DNA of 61,491 nucleotides, filler included, from Catajapyx aquilonaris (Eukaryota): assembly GCA_000934665.2 (NCBI GenBank). It is 2 parts of 2 records of this genome, joined end to end, with 100 filler letters (N's around TTAATTAATTAA, not from the genome) between each part and the next. Parts side by side here need not be neighbours in the genome. Positions count along the whole stretch, not along the records: positions 1 to 30,638 come from JYFJ02004623.1; 1 more part is not named here. One strand, written 5' to 3'. Positions 12,319 through 26,446 of this stretch are shown here, in pieces; position 1 is the stretch's first letter, and the number at the start of each line of letters is the position of its first letter. The position numbers were made by a program, and so were the translations under genes. Below the pieces are notes generated by a model. That model ran no database searches. It worked only from the letters and a program-made list of their open reading frames with translations, and was not told the origin of the DNA.

Positions 12319-15300
12319 CTGAAATGAAATCGGAACAATTTCCCACTTAACACTTACTTTTCCTATATTTAAAATGCGAGATTTATTAAATGGTGACATG
12401 AATCCAACTCCAGCAACACAAAGCCTGATGCAGAATGATATTGGGCAGGCCAGGGCTCGGAAGTTCAGAATTTCCACAACGAGTATGTGTCACGACTTTG
12501 ACCACGTCACTTGGTAATAGCCACTATTCAGTGCCTCAGTCGATTGTTCGAACCTTTAGTAACACACGCACACCCCCAGTCCCAGACTGGAATATACTGT
12601 ATTTCGAATTTACGATGGTTCCATTTCCATGTAGTAATTGAAGCGGGACAACTTTCATTGCACTACCGAACGACTCATTTTCAATTTACCCCTTCCTCTT
12701 TCCGTCCTTACTGCTCATTTTCGACGGCAGTAAATCATTGATAGGCTTGATTTCACTAGGTTAAACTTTAACACTTTGAGCTAAACTGTTTCAAGGCATT
12801 AGTACTAATTCCACGAAACATTTAGTATTCACTGCCTGCCATTGCGTACAGTTTTCCTTCTGCCAAATCAGACGAAATCTAACCTGCTAGGTCTCTCAAA
12901 TTTTTAGAATGATTTATGATGAAACATTATTGTCTCTTGATCAGTGAACAATATGAAATTATGTGAAATGCAAAGATTCAATATTATTCCTATCGAGTAT
13001 GCTTCTTTGTTCTTTGGGTTCTTTTGTTCATTATTTCTCAGTGATAATATTGTTAAATGGCCAAACACGTATTATTAAGGTAGACTACTATGTAAGAATG
13101 GCAGTGACCCATATCTTTGAGTGTCTTAAATCGCATCTTCCCATTGACATCATCATTAATATTTTTCCACGTTGTTGACAAACATTCTGGCGAGACACCT
13201 GACGAGAGCCAACTTCCGCATATATCTCACGAAGGCTTTTGTGGGGAAACCCGGTTGTCCCAGACAGCTGAGACGTCACATCCTCCTCCCTCCCATTGGC
13301 TGCAGTATACTTTGTGGGGAGGGATACAAGTTTGGCGGCTATCCCGCTCCTTCCCCTTCCGTGATGGGTTGTTCCCATTTCCACTGATGCTCTGGGCCCT
13401 GCCTGTACGTAGTGAACCACAGATCAATAGCAGCATGGGGGTTAGCAGAACAGACCTGGGGAAAAAGGAGGAAGGAAATAAAAGGAAGGAAGAGGAGAAA
13501 AGGGAGACACCTAATTGAATGAAGGATCCCCTCCACTTGATCGTACTGATGGAAGAATCATGTTGCCTAAACAAGGCAGGCCTTGTCCCGATGGTAGATC
13601 ACGGAAGGGTGTGCAGTTGCCGGTACATTCATAAATGAGTATATGTGCATGTCATTTACACTGCACAATACACTGGTCTTTAACTGCATGTTAAAAGTTC
13701 TCATTGGAACACCTGTTACTAGAGAGAAAGAATATTGCAACTGGATCATGATTTAATTTTCTCATACACTGCATATAAACTGTATACTGTACAGTATAAC
13801 CCTAAGCTATTTAGTTTAAGCCTACAGTATACTGCAGTTTGCTTTACGAGGTAAATGATGGAGGAGGAAGTCAGCATTTCAACAGTGTTTTATCTCAGAA
13901 AACTATTTCGGAGCGCGAAACACTACATCAATCACTCTGACACTTCTGCAGCATACTAACGACTGCTAGGAAATATACTAAACTCCCGAGATAAAACGTC
14001 GCGAATAAGATTCTGCAATGCAATTACATTATACGGGCCGGACGCATTAATTCTTGACTTGCTGCATGAACCATGGGGTTGTAATTGTCGCTGTGATCAT
14101 ACAACTTTTTGAAAACTTTTACAACTAGTTTTTACTGGGATAATTACAGGGAAAATACTTATTACTGCGCTGAACGGAAAAATCACGTATATCACATCAA
14201 GAGATAATAACGTTGTTAGGTCATGCATGAGCATGTGGGTAACATGGAAGAAAAGCTGGAGACAAATCTTTGGCCAAAATTATAGGGAACATTTCCCAGC
14301 ATTTCAAGAGACCAGCAAGCAGATTCTAACTACCTTTTCTTGTTCCTCTGATTGCATGAAAATAATACTATAGAAAATGTTACACCAATGCATTCACAGC
14401 AACTGTTATGATTAATGGAATTTTCTCGATTGTGGGAAAACTACGTTTATAGCGTCTGGATATGAGACGCTGCCATTCATGACGTTAGAGACCGCAATAA
14501 GCTAACCAAATAGTTATTTAAAATTCACTGGAATTACAAATGCACTCAGCGCTTATCCCTTCTTAGGCAAGTTTTCATAATCCTCAAACTAATGCACGAC
14601 AGCTGCAGACAGATCTTAACAAACGTTGTTCAATAATAGCAAAGCTGGGGACAATATTGTCTTCATCTCAAAGACTCTTGGAGTAAGTCGCATTAATGAG
14701 GCTAACTTGGGAGCTCCTGTTTAAATGAAAGGACTAAAAATCGATAGGTATTGCATTTAAGTAAGGTTTAATTAATGTTATAAACTATACAATCTCTTGA
14801 CAGTCAATACTGCAATTTGTAAGTATTACTGTCATGGGGAAAGTGGGACATTTTTTATTGACTCTCTATTGCAGGTCCTTATATGCAAAGTAGCTTTCAA
14901 ATAAAAGCTAGAGAGAGAAAAATAAGAACGAGAAAATGAGAATATGGCACCTGCATATCATCTGCGAGAAGTCCGCTTACTTTTGTGCCGCGACAGCAGG
15001 ACTTTGTGGTAATGTAAAATGCCTAATAAGGCAATGACAAATGGTGGATGAATATTCATTTGTGGGACCATCTTGGGAAGGGTTCCACTCCACACGAATG
15101 CAAATGCATGCAGGTGGTTCAGCGTTTCGTAATGGGCGGAGGGTAATTTCGCATTTACAGCGTGCCTCATGTGTAGCCAGGGATTTGTGGGCCTGTTTGT
15201 GAGCTGCTCGGTGGAAAACTGCAAGCGCAATAATGGTTATTGCTTAGTGAACTTGTCATGCACACGTGAGCATGTAAGAAAGAACATGCGGCGCAGATTC

Positions 15301-15496
15301 TGAATGTGGAGGTGTCAGCATAATTGCGCCCTTTTTAGTGAAATCAGGGCTCTGGAAAGAGAAAAATTCTGCCAGAGAGTTATGCCTGCAGTCCATGTCA
15401 TTTGCAGGCCGTGGCTTACTTTTTTGCGACCTATGCACAAGATCACTGTTTATTTACGGCATGAGCACTTCTTTCCACATACATTTCTAAAAAGAC

Positions 15497-15498
<2 letters not shown>

Positions 15499-15580
<82 letters not shown>

Positions 15581-15603
15581 TAATAATAATAATAATAATA
15601 AAT
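15499..15603. repeat. (AAT)n microsatellite
   Basis: Direct inspection; one interruption by an A run. Confidence 0.95.
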
Positions 15604-18600
15604 GTTAATCAGAATAGTCAGGTTTTCCTTCTTTTCTGTACAGCTGCTTGCAATTCAAATTTTTCATCTAATAGCACGTTTTGATGAAGTACCAGTACTG
15701 TAGTAGCCTACTTGGCAAAGTTCATTGCTTACTTAGTGTTTCCCACGCTCCCGAATGGCAAAATTAACAGAGCGGTACTTCCCAAAAACAAAAATATAGA
15801 AACAACGTACTTTCTGCCAACATAGTTTAACAACAACAACAATGCATGTAATTGAATATTACATATTAGATATTACACAAATATTGTGTACAGCTCTAAC
15901 GCTAGAATCGTATACAGAAGAAAAACCCTCCGTGAAACTAGTGTGTACTGTACTGTATTTTGTTTTCCAGCGAAACCACTCAATTGCCAGTAACTTACCG
16001 CCAATCCCATCACATTTGCTGAAGTACCCTCCGGAGCAACAGATGGGGCACTCACTTTTAAGGGAGATACTGCTGTATATCGAGCGTATCACGCAGTACA
16101 CTGCGCTTTGGCGCCGATGTGATTTTACACACTCAGCGCTGTTCATAATGCCGCGACGAAAGTTTGCATGCCTATAAGTAGCTAATCCAGTAGTTCAAGT
16201 CAATTTTATAAATATTATCGAACCATGGAATAGGAAAACAGGCTAAGTCGACTCCAAAATGACTTGGCACGTATGCACTTGTTGCTCTGAGCATCGCTGT
16301 ACGCAAAAAAACAAACAAAAAAACTCCAAAAATACGGTATATTACGAACATGTACAAGTACATTTAAATGTTTGTCAATAACGGACAGTAAATGGACGAT
16401 CTCAAACTACACAAGAAATCTATACCATCAAATTACACATCAGAAAAATGCATGAACTTGTAACATTAGTATACAGTGTCTTCCAATTGAAATCTCTTTA
16501 GCGGTTTCCGATTTTTCGGCACTGACTTGTAAGCTGCTATTTATAAGCTGTTACATTTCCGTATTTACTTTTATCGTAATCAAAAGTATTACATACTAAC
16601 ATCAAGCCGAATCGAATCATCTACCCAATTTACGAATTGAGATGAATTTCCGATTGAATAATTTTTTAATAAAAATTTTCCTAAAAATAAGCAGCTTTAT
16701 TGCCAAAAGTCTTTGACCACTGCGGAATAATTGGAATACCTTGCATAAAGGTCTATGTAATGGACTGACCCGGTGAGTGCCAGGTTGAAGTTACCGAAGA
16801 GAACGGTCTCCACCTTTCCAGGCATGCTAACTGTTTCGCAGAAATTGTTGCTATGACTGTGCTGCGTTGCTGTCCATGGAGCCCAGGGGATCGTCCACGG
16901 AGTCCATGTGAGGATCGGCAGTGCTGAGCAGCATTGCAGTTGGCTCCATGCCGCCCCGACCGGCGGCCTTCACCCACAGACCCACACTGTGATCCGATGC
17001 AGGCCTCGCAGTCTGCTGGCTGCCTAAGCCACCCCACCCACCCACCCTGGCTCTCCTCCCCCGAAACCCTCCCTGCTCTACTAAACCCCGCAGCATTCGG
17101 TCCATCTCACATTTCTCGATACTTGTTCGATTGTCACCATATATCGAATGAAAATATTTCTTCTTAGTCAATACTTGGGGCTGCTACTCATTGCACTGAA
17201 TTATTATAAATATATGTTGCTTATTTATCAAAGGTATGACAGTTACCCTTTTGGTAATCAAGATGGCTATGATTTTAGTTCTGTAAGTCTTGGAAACATC
17301 AAAGAGGTGTTTTTACGGTTATTAACTAGATATCGATTCTTTCAAAGCTAACTGTATTTTATTTTCGATCCGATAGGCTCTCCATCACTTGAACTCCACT
17401 TCGGGTGGTATAAAAGATGCGTCTTACTGTGGCTCTCTCAAATTCCTGTTTTAATTAATTTAATTTTTGGTTCAGTTCGTCAGTTGACCTATAGGATTGC
17501 ATGGTTCACTTATTCATTAAGTTGCCACCATAATCAGGAAGGTTCAAATCCGGCTACGGATTATCTGAAATTATTCATTCCACTAACAGTAAGAAGCTTT
17601 ATAATGTAGTGATTGGGCTAGGACTCTTCCTCCTGGATAGAAAAATATGCCTGTGTCACTCTTGACCCTGGAATTGCGCACAAGAAACACATGCTGCTGA
17701 AATATGCACACCATGGTCCATCTATAAATAAATCAGAAAAAAATTTCCTGGCGTGTAAAATCTATTCTACTGTATAAACATTCTGTCCCATGACTCCCAT
17801 CATACCAAACTGATTTTGCGCAAAAACATGCATAATATGCGAACTTCACGCCCATTTCTTAAAATGAAACATAGTTGTCTCTAGTCGTATTCCTGCTGAG
17901 TTGTGAGATTTCGTTTCACTTCGGCATTCAAGTTATGTAGTATTTTGTGCATAACTAGCAAAAACTATAGCATATATACGCTGCCCCACAATTTGGCCTG
18001 GACCGACTATTCGTATGGGCGGCTGTGAGCCTTTCACGCCAAACCCCGTTCCATTTTTTTTCCCCACACCAAAAGGACAGGTCCAAAAGCAGGAAGCTTC
18101 CCCTGACAAGAGTTTCCGAATTGATGTTCAAAATTGCCTTACCTGTCAGAAATCCATGAAAGAAGGTGCGCTATACCAAGCTCGGCTTTCATTACCAGCA
18201 GGATATGTCCCTGGAAGCATGTCGTTTCCAATAGAACAAGTGCACAGGGTGTACACTGGCCAAGTCCCCAGTTCAGAAGAACAAATTAACCAATGTCAGT
18301 ACCGTTTCACCTTCCTCCTGCAGGTTATGGCTTCCGTTGTACAAGGGTGCGGTGGCCTGCAAGCCAGGATGAAGCAACTCAAGACGGTAAGTCTGAAATG
18401 CAATTAAATCTAGACTATCAATAGCATGATCTGATGTTTTAGTAATCGTAGCTTACAGATACGGTGAGACATGTCGAAGTTCCTGGTAAATAAATCGACG
18501 TTTTTTTAGTGAACTGTTGTAGTAGTTTGATACGTGGCCACGTTGACGCTGTGTTGTGGTATTCTCGCCATGTGATTCAATGGGTGGCACGTTCAGCGCC

Positions 18601-19378
18601 ACGTTGGTCTCTTGGAGAAACACATGATCTGTTGTGCTGCTGGAAGGGCTGTTTACAAAGTGCAGCGGGAGTCTCCGAAAACCGATATCAGCAGTGACTA
18701 TTTTGCGAATGGTTAATATCACCAACCACTAATTTGTGTTTTTATGTTACAGACTCTCATTTTAAGTTACTGAGAAGAGAATGTTTCTAGTAAAAGTGGC
18801 CTCTTTACGTAATATTAGTACACCTGGCTCACTGTGTAAGTGTAGTCATAGGCGTTACTTCCTTCAAAATAGCGTGTAGTACATTTCTACGTACTGTATG
18901 CCCATTTTAAAAGTTAAATCTGATGCCAGCGCCTCCAATATTCATGCCCCTGGAAGTATATCATTGACAATAACGTTGCATCAAAAATGAATTGCGGGAT
19001 GTAATTTTCTCTGACGATGGCAATTTTTGCGTGAATTCCCTCGAAAGAGTGGTTGGAAACCTCGTGAAAAAAAAATTAAATACACCAAATGTTCCGATAG
19101 CGTAATACCCGCTAATCAAAATTGAGCAAAGCAACGTATCCGATAATTAAAATGCAACAATTGAGCTTATTATGTCACCATATCACTTTCCTTCTGCATG
19201 GCCTTCCGAAAATAGTGCACAAAAACATGGAACTTTATAACAATAGGGGTAGGCCTATAGTTGTTATATTGTTCGACACTATGCGATCAAAAATGGACAT
19301 CATCAATAAACAATTAATTTCGGTAACCTAGAAAACGAAGAATGAAGAAAATGACATTGACAAAAAATACTCATATCG

Positions 19379-22300
19379 ATGCCACCGTCGAGGGATTCGA
19401 ACGCTTTAAGGTAGCCCTTGCTCTGATGACATTCTACTGTTACAATAACGAACACTATTCATTAATATAAGTTACAGAAACCAATTAGAGATTGTCGAAA
19501 CGGGCCATGGCAGAAGAAGGGTCAGAAGAATCACGTGGTCTCAACTTTTTACAACCATATTCAGTAAGTCCATATAAAGATTAATGGCTGCTACAAATAG
19601 TGTCTTTGGGTTCTACAAAAGTCAAAAAAACTTGTACTATATTGACATTATAAAATGAGAGAAATTAATGGTTTATTTATTGAAGCGTCCGATTCAATAT
19701 TTTACCATATTGAGATTATTGTGGCATATTTGAAGTACTCACATTTGGCACCGCTTCATACATGTATGTACATTACATTGGAGTATCACACGTCTCCTTC
19801 CAAATCCAGGTTCACAAGGAGGTCTTGTTGTGGGCAGTATCATGTGGTGGCCCATGGTTTCCAAAGAGAGTAGGAATGAGAGTAAAAATCAAATCCCTGA
19901 TCTGACCGAGGAGGAAGATCAATGGGAGCACTTGGCCGGTCCAATTGCGGCAATACCAGGGGCGATTCTGATGGCGATCTGCATGAACTGTATGGGAAGA
20001 AAGTACAGCCTCCTGTCATTCACTATACCATCGCTAATAGGATGGCTCATGCTGGGATTCGCCAACACTTCCTGGCTCGTGATTACTGGTTGCTCTCTCA
20101 ACGGCATTTACATGGGAGCTTTTTCTCTTGGAGTGCCAGTGTACTTATCGGAAATAGCTGACACCCACTGGTAAGGAATCTATCTTCTGACCAGTTTCTT
20201 GTTATAACTAGTGCTAATGTCATAAGTGGTCAGCTAAATTGAAAGTCATTCAATACGAAAGCTTCTTCCTTTTTATGTTTCCTTGAGAAAAGGGGAAGCA
20301 AAATTGAAAATTTAAAGATGTTGTAACATCGCTCGACAGAGACGAACACTGCGGCGGTACAAAATTTACATGAAGCTGGCCGAATTAATTTGACTGGCTT
20401 TGTACTGATTGTTTCAAGCCTGCAATACTTTGAGGCAAAATGTAACTTGAGAGGGTCGTGAAATTTTAAGTGCCCTATAGGTCTATTCTACCAGGCAGGA
20501 CTGGTATGTTTTTCACCGTTACGAGCGCTGTGCACGGTTTCAAATTTAATTATTTGCTCGCTTTCCATAAAATGCCTGTTCAGACAAATGCATAAGGTTG
20601 GCATGCAGTAGGCGAGCATATTTTGTGAAGCAATTATTTTACCAGAAACCTTTAACAAGATATAACAGAAGACTGCAAACACAATACACCTGTGAAAAAT
20701 TAGTTTGCTGCTGTAATAAGTTATACATAAAAATAATTTCCTCTACTATTATTTCCAACTCTTTCAAACTAGTTTATTTAGTATATGACCATGATTGTAT
20801 TGTACCGTAGGTCTTGAGTGGAAATGTCAATAATTTATCAATATGGTATGCATAAGTTATAGTGTATAACATTTTGTCTCCACATATAGTGTTTCTTATT
20901 TTGAAACCAGAAAGTTGCATTCTAACTCTCTCCAAATTGCAGGCGAGGAAGATTAGTATCTACGTTCTACTTGATGATATGGATTGGAATTATGATCGTC
21001 GCCGTCCTTTTAAAAGAAACAGCATTGACTACGTCCGAAATCTGCTACGTGTGCTGTGGAATTGTGGGTTTTTCAGCACTGACTCTCATGTTCATCCCCG
21101 AATCCCCTATTTTTCTCCTGAATAATAGGAAATATCAGGATGGTCGGGCTGCTCTAAGATGGCTCAGAGGAAATGGAGTCAGTATTCCTCCCGATGTCAT
21201 CATTGTCAGAGAACCTTCTCTATCGGTAAGACCTATAGCTCATTCAAAAAATTTCATTCACGTTATCTGTATAGGCTGTTGCCAGAATCGCTGACTTTTA
21301 GTTTATATTCCTGAGTTACCATTACGCCGGGCAAGAATTCAAATGCAAATATTTTCATACTCTATACTGGTAGTAACGCACATTCTGTGATTTTTTTTAC
21401 ACATTACAGACATACAGCAATCAAGCTTATTACCTGATTTCCGCATTCCACATGAAGCGGTTTTTTCTTTTCCTGGCCCTGCTCATATTTCAACAGATGA
21501 CCGGATTCGTAGTCTTACAGTTTTTGAACAAGATTTGCTATTCCAAGTGCGAAAAGAACTTTGTTCCTGTAATCTACGACCTCCTAAGACCTGGGATTGC
21601 AATAGGCGCAGTCGTCTTGTTCATCCTTCTAGTGGACAGCCTAGGACGACGCGTTCTGATGATTCTGTCCGGACTTGTCATGGTCATGCCTCTCATGATC
21701 CTGGCGATTTATTTCAACTTATGTGAGGTAGGTTCTTGTCAGGTATTGCGAAGCTTCGAAAGGAAGTGTCGGTATCATCGATATTATACTTTGCACGAGG
21801 CGTCTGTCCATTTCTTCTGTAAAGCGAATATGCCAGTATACCATGCAGGATCGATTCTGTGTTCCATATTGTTACTTTACATGGCAGAACTTTTTTGTCA
21901 AGCCTGCATTATTGACAGGCTTCTTTTCACAAGTCAGCCGTGTGAGGTGAGGCACAGTTTGTTTCGTAAGCCTCTACAAAAATGGGAAGCAAACTATGTT
22001 TGAAATATTATGGGCCTGCATAACTATTCCTTCAGTTAGTTACTCATGACTGGTCGCAATGAAGAGCCATAAATGATATAGCTCTAACTACTTCAAAGTA
22101 GCATTTCATTTGGTTTTCGCAGGAAAGTGCAGCGTCTGTGACCTGGCTACCAGCTGCTGCATACCTAACACACATAGCAGCTTTCTGCATAGGATGGGGT
22201 CCTGGTCTGTGGCTGTACATGGTGGAGCTTGTACCCATTGGAGTCAAGCCTCTGGGATGCTGCACTGTTGTAGTCACCTACTGGGCACTATTTGCCTGTG

Positions 22301-22506
22301 TCATAGGCCTATTTAATGAAGTAGAGAAGAAGTTTGGAGCAGGATCCGTCTTTGGCACCTATGCTGCCTGCACCGTCCTGGCAATCCTCTTTGTAGTATA
22401 TTTTCTACCGGAAACCAAGGCTGAACCGATGGAGAGTGTCACAATAGGAGCCAAAGAAACTGCGTCTGACTCAACGTCACCTCAAATAGGCAATGACGAC
22501 TTTTGA
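19379..22506 (+). CDS. MFS sugar porter (Tret1/GLUT8-like facilitated sugar transporter), divergent, about 487 aa
   Basis: Phase-consistent exons 19379-19410, 19478-19563, 19810-20170, 20943-21225, 21410-21727 and 22123-22506 (1464 nt). Motifs include MGRK, YLSEIA..WRGRL, PESP, QQMTG, DSLGRR, GWGP and PETK, plus multiple hydrophobic helices. Confidence 0.9.
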
Positions 22507-23736
22507 AATGTTCATAAACCCAAAGTTGTTGAACCGAGCGATCTTATGAGATATGAAATATTCATATATGTATGGGGCTTACTAAAGACCATTTACTTTA
22601 CAGATGCCGCATCCTGATCACAACTATGATACGTCATTATGATGCAGCAGCAGACAACTTGTAAAAAGCTCAATATAAGGAACAAAGGGACCCTTACGAA
22701 CATAATAAAAGTTTTTTTTTTTAGTGTGGTATAAGCCTAGTAACTTTGAAATGGGAAGATTGCCTCTAATTACGCAGACGTACAGTACTTGGCTAATAAG
22801 ACACTGGGGCGAATGTTATTATTTCTTTCAGTACTCGTAAAAATTGGAATAGAAATCTCAATAATTCATATTCGAGTTCTATATAGAGCTTCCAATATTC
22901 ACCTTAGTGGCGAATAACCGCAGTTCGCGAACGAAATCGCGACGAATTTGGTTGGCCAACGACACCTTGAGTTAGAGGTGAGAAGAGTGGCTTGATTTGT
23001 GTCGCATGCAGTGCGCGCTCAGTAGTACTGCTCCGTCTGCGGGCATTCCCCCACTTCGGTGCCAAAACCACCGTAACGAACCCAACCAAAGTAGACTTTC
23101 CAGCATGTTCTGCGCTGGATCCCGCTTGCACCAAATCATTAGACCGCAAAATCAATCACACTCTCGACTAACAAGATTCAACTCAAAGGGGCAAAAATTT
23201 TAATCAACCTCAGATAGTCAACGGAATCGTGCATTGCGTGCAAGGGGTAGCGATGTACAATAATTTATGGTCGGAAATGCTTCATTGGAAACGATTTTTT
23301 ATTGCTTTCATACACTAATTTGAACAGTAATTCTGAGAATAATTGTGAGGAAACATTGAACATTGCTCTATATTTGAATATTTTTTTAAAAAAAATTGAA
23401 GTATCATTTATTGCATTATAGAACACATTATAATCCACATGATGATATCTACGTATAGTTGACTCCGAAGAAAGTGCAACTCAAGGCTTTGCCATCTATT
23501 CACTAACAATAACAGCTTAAAATGTCTCAAACTAATCGTCTAAATTAGTTAATACGTATTTTCCAGGGCCAAACGTGTCGCAGACAACATAAATGGATCA
23601 ATTGACATTATTGTAGCATATTTTAAAACCATACAATAATTATGGTTTCGCCATAACTTGGATTTTTATAATATCAAAAACCACGTTAAATATTTCATTT
23701 TAATTTATAATTATGATGCCATAAATTTAATGAGCC

Positions 23737-26446
23737 TTAAAACAGTACATTCACAGTTCGTGTTTTAAACCTCCCCATGAGTAACTCTCCACTCAGAACA
23801 ATGCAGCTGAACAATAGCCCCAAAACCCATGCCGCAAATATAGCGGCCATATCATTCAACCCAAATACATCTTCATTGAGAAGCCTTCGATTGCTGGGAA
23901 AAGAGGACTCCCTTCTTACCTTGAACAAGTTGGTAATAAAGTACGAAAAGTGATCATCTGCTTCCCACTTGGACAGTAATCCAGATTGAAAAAACCCATC
24001 AGCAATGTTATGAAGCCTGGCAGAGTAAACACTACTTCTACTAATTGCAGGACTCGAGTAGAAGGACATCATAAAATTAGGAGCCATGGTAAACAATGGT
24101 CGTCCCCTGCCATCAACTGTCCCCACCTGAAACCTTCGCACTATGTATTCTACACTGATGCAGGCATAGTGACGCCGAAGGGATTCTTCAAAGCAGTCTT
24201 CAATAGTGTAGACAGATTGTGACTTGTTCAGTATGTCATCATAAAGTTGTCTCCCATGAGCCTCTTTGATGACAGCGTCAAAAATTAAGGAGGTGAAGTA
24301 AGAGAAGCCCCAGCTAAACTTGGATGTGAGAAGATTCTGAAATGTTTCAGGAATATCTTCCTGAGGAGGAGAGGTCAAGCATGCCATAAGCTTCGATTTG
24401 TAACCACAAACAACGACAATGGAAAAAAGGAGGAGACATCCCGAGATGTATCTCGGAGATGACTTGTTCGTGGTTAATGGTAGTGGCTGCTCAACATAAA
24501 GACGTAGCACATGTTGTATGCACCACAGGAGAGAACTGTCTGAAACACGATGTAATGCTATTGCGGATATGAGCGAGCAAAGGATGAGAATCCACCAAAA
24601 TATTCTGTCAAATGGTTTGAAAACTACTCTCCAGCCAATCAGCAGTCGAGGTGCTCTGGTTAAGAAGCCAAATCGAATGAACATCATAGGATTTGTGATA
24701 AGGGTATATTTGACAGACTCATCAGTTGGAAAAGAGACAATCGAGAAATCAGCTCTTCCGGCCAGTATCTCTCCTGCTGTTCCTATCCAAGTGCCATTAG
24801 GCAATCTAGATTCCACACCTAAGTTGACATTGCTAGGAAAATCTACATCAAGTCGAGCATCCAGAGCATCTTCTATATTCAGCAGGATACTTTCGTGAAA
24901 AAGTAGCGAGAAGCTTCCCATGACATCTTTGCGTCGACGTATTGCTTCCATGTTCAAATCCACCAGAAATGTGACCTTTAATCGGCGACCGTTGAGGACA
25001 CTTGCAGTGTCCTGGTATACTTCTTCAGGAAGATGTTTCTGGATGCTTCCATAATTATGCTTCTCACTATATTGAAAAGTATTTGTAGTCTCGTGATTTT
25101 TAAGTGCTCCAATACGCGAGACAATAGGCTGACCTTTGTTGCAAAAGAAGCACACGTCGTAGAGAACTATGTGTCGGTAGATGTTTTCGTACACTGTCAG
25201 AACTTTATTTCGTATACCATCACAAGGTGGATCTAGTAGCAATTTTTTGATATCAGATGCCTTCTTCAAGTGCACCCATACATAGTCGTGTATGTTTCTC
25301 AGGGAAACCTGGTGAGCTATATGTATCAAGAGTTGTCTCAGTGTATTCCTATCGCTAGTGGTCAAGGCAATAAGGGAACAGCCACTATACCCTGCAGGAA
25401 CAGTTGACTTTAGTTCAGGAGGCATGGTGCGGAAAGAGAACATCTCCTCTTCTCGTTGAATTCCCGGATAATTTTTCCAGGAGAAATTGAATGAAGTCAT
25501 CTTTGAGGTCACCAGTGGTTGATAAGATCGGTCAGTTTCGTGAATAATGGAGGCTACCTGCGAACATTAAATTTCCACATTGCAAATTATCACTTCAGTT
25601 CAAGCAAAAGTAACATTTAAAATATTAGTACAGTTGAATCCGGATGTACCAGACTTCAAGACCGCGGAAATAAGCATGTTATAACCTAGGTCTGTTATAG
25701 CCGAATACACATGCCATATACCATGTTGTGACCGACCCTTCGAGTCTGTCATAACCAAAAATCTATTATAACCGAGGTTATATCCGGATTCAACTGCATA
25801 ATGAAAGTAATGCTAATTCCATTTACAATTGGTAATTGAAATGAATAAAAATGTAATTCATTCAATTTCGTCATTTTCAATGATGTTTCTTCAGTCCACA
25901 TAGAAGTTGTCTAAATTTTAATTGCAGTACTCGTTTGGTTTCAGCAGTAATAGTACCTTACGAAAACCAAAATTAAATGGGTTATTATTTCGATTACATT
26001 CTTTAAACAATATATCCACCATGCAGTATGGCAAAAAGTAGAATATTTCAAATTTGCCTATATTTAATACCATAAATTATTTCACTGCTATTTTATGATA
26101 TATTGTGTAAAATTGGTACCATGTGTGTACTTACGTATTTGGTTTCTTAATCATGCCTCACTCACAACACTTATGTTATGTTATGTTAAGCACTTACCTT
26201 CAGTGACACCATTTCTTGACTAGTGCCAACCACAAGAGAACAAGGGCGGATCTTGTCATCCAGAAGCAGTAGCTTTAGGAAGTGGTTAGTTAACAAATCT
26301 TCGGAATCTTCCGGCGAAAGGGTCACATTCGTCACTTTTGGACTAGTCGTGTTACACACCTTGACCACGAAGAAAACCAAAAGCACCCACATCATGGATG
26401 ATTTCAAAATAACCCTCCTGGCGATATCCACTTTCTCGCACCCCAT
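23737..26446 (-). CDS. Divergent ionotropic receptor (IR; chemosensory iGluR variant), up to about 689 aa
   Basis: Exons 26446-26198 and 25557-23737 join in phase 0. Signal-like MMWVLLVFFVV; S1 NGTWIGTAGEILAGRADFSI; pre-M1 FKPFDRIFW; M3-like GYKSKLMACLTSP; S2 FQSGLLSKW; M4 LNDMAAIFAAW. Confidence 0.9.
25631..25796. mobile_element. pogo/Tigger-type MITE in the IR intron
   Basis: TIRs TA-CAGTTGAATCCGGAT / ATCCGGATTCAACTG with internal GTTATAACC subrepeats. Confidence 0.75.

Noticed and set aside
15304..15684. Poly-N/I ORF (also the poly-L/C/H/M ORFs at 44970-45918 and poly-K/F ORFs at 58277-58666)
   Set aside because: These are translations of microsatellites or an A run; only 58571-58712 is a real exon.
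19507..19563. ATG 19507 (MAEEGSEE...) as the sugar-porter start
   Set aside because: Its phase is incompatible with the next exon. The alternative frame gives a proper TM1 lead-in and links to ATG 19379.
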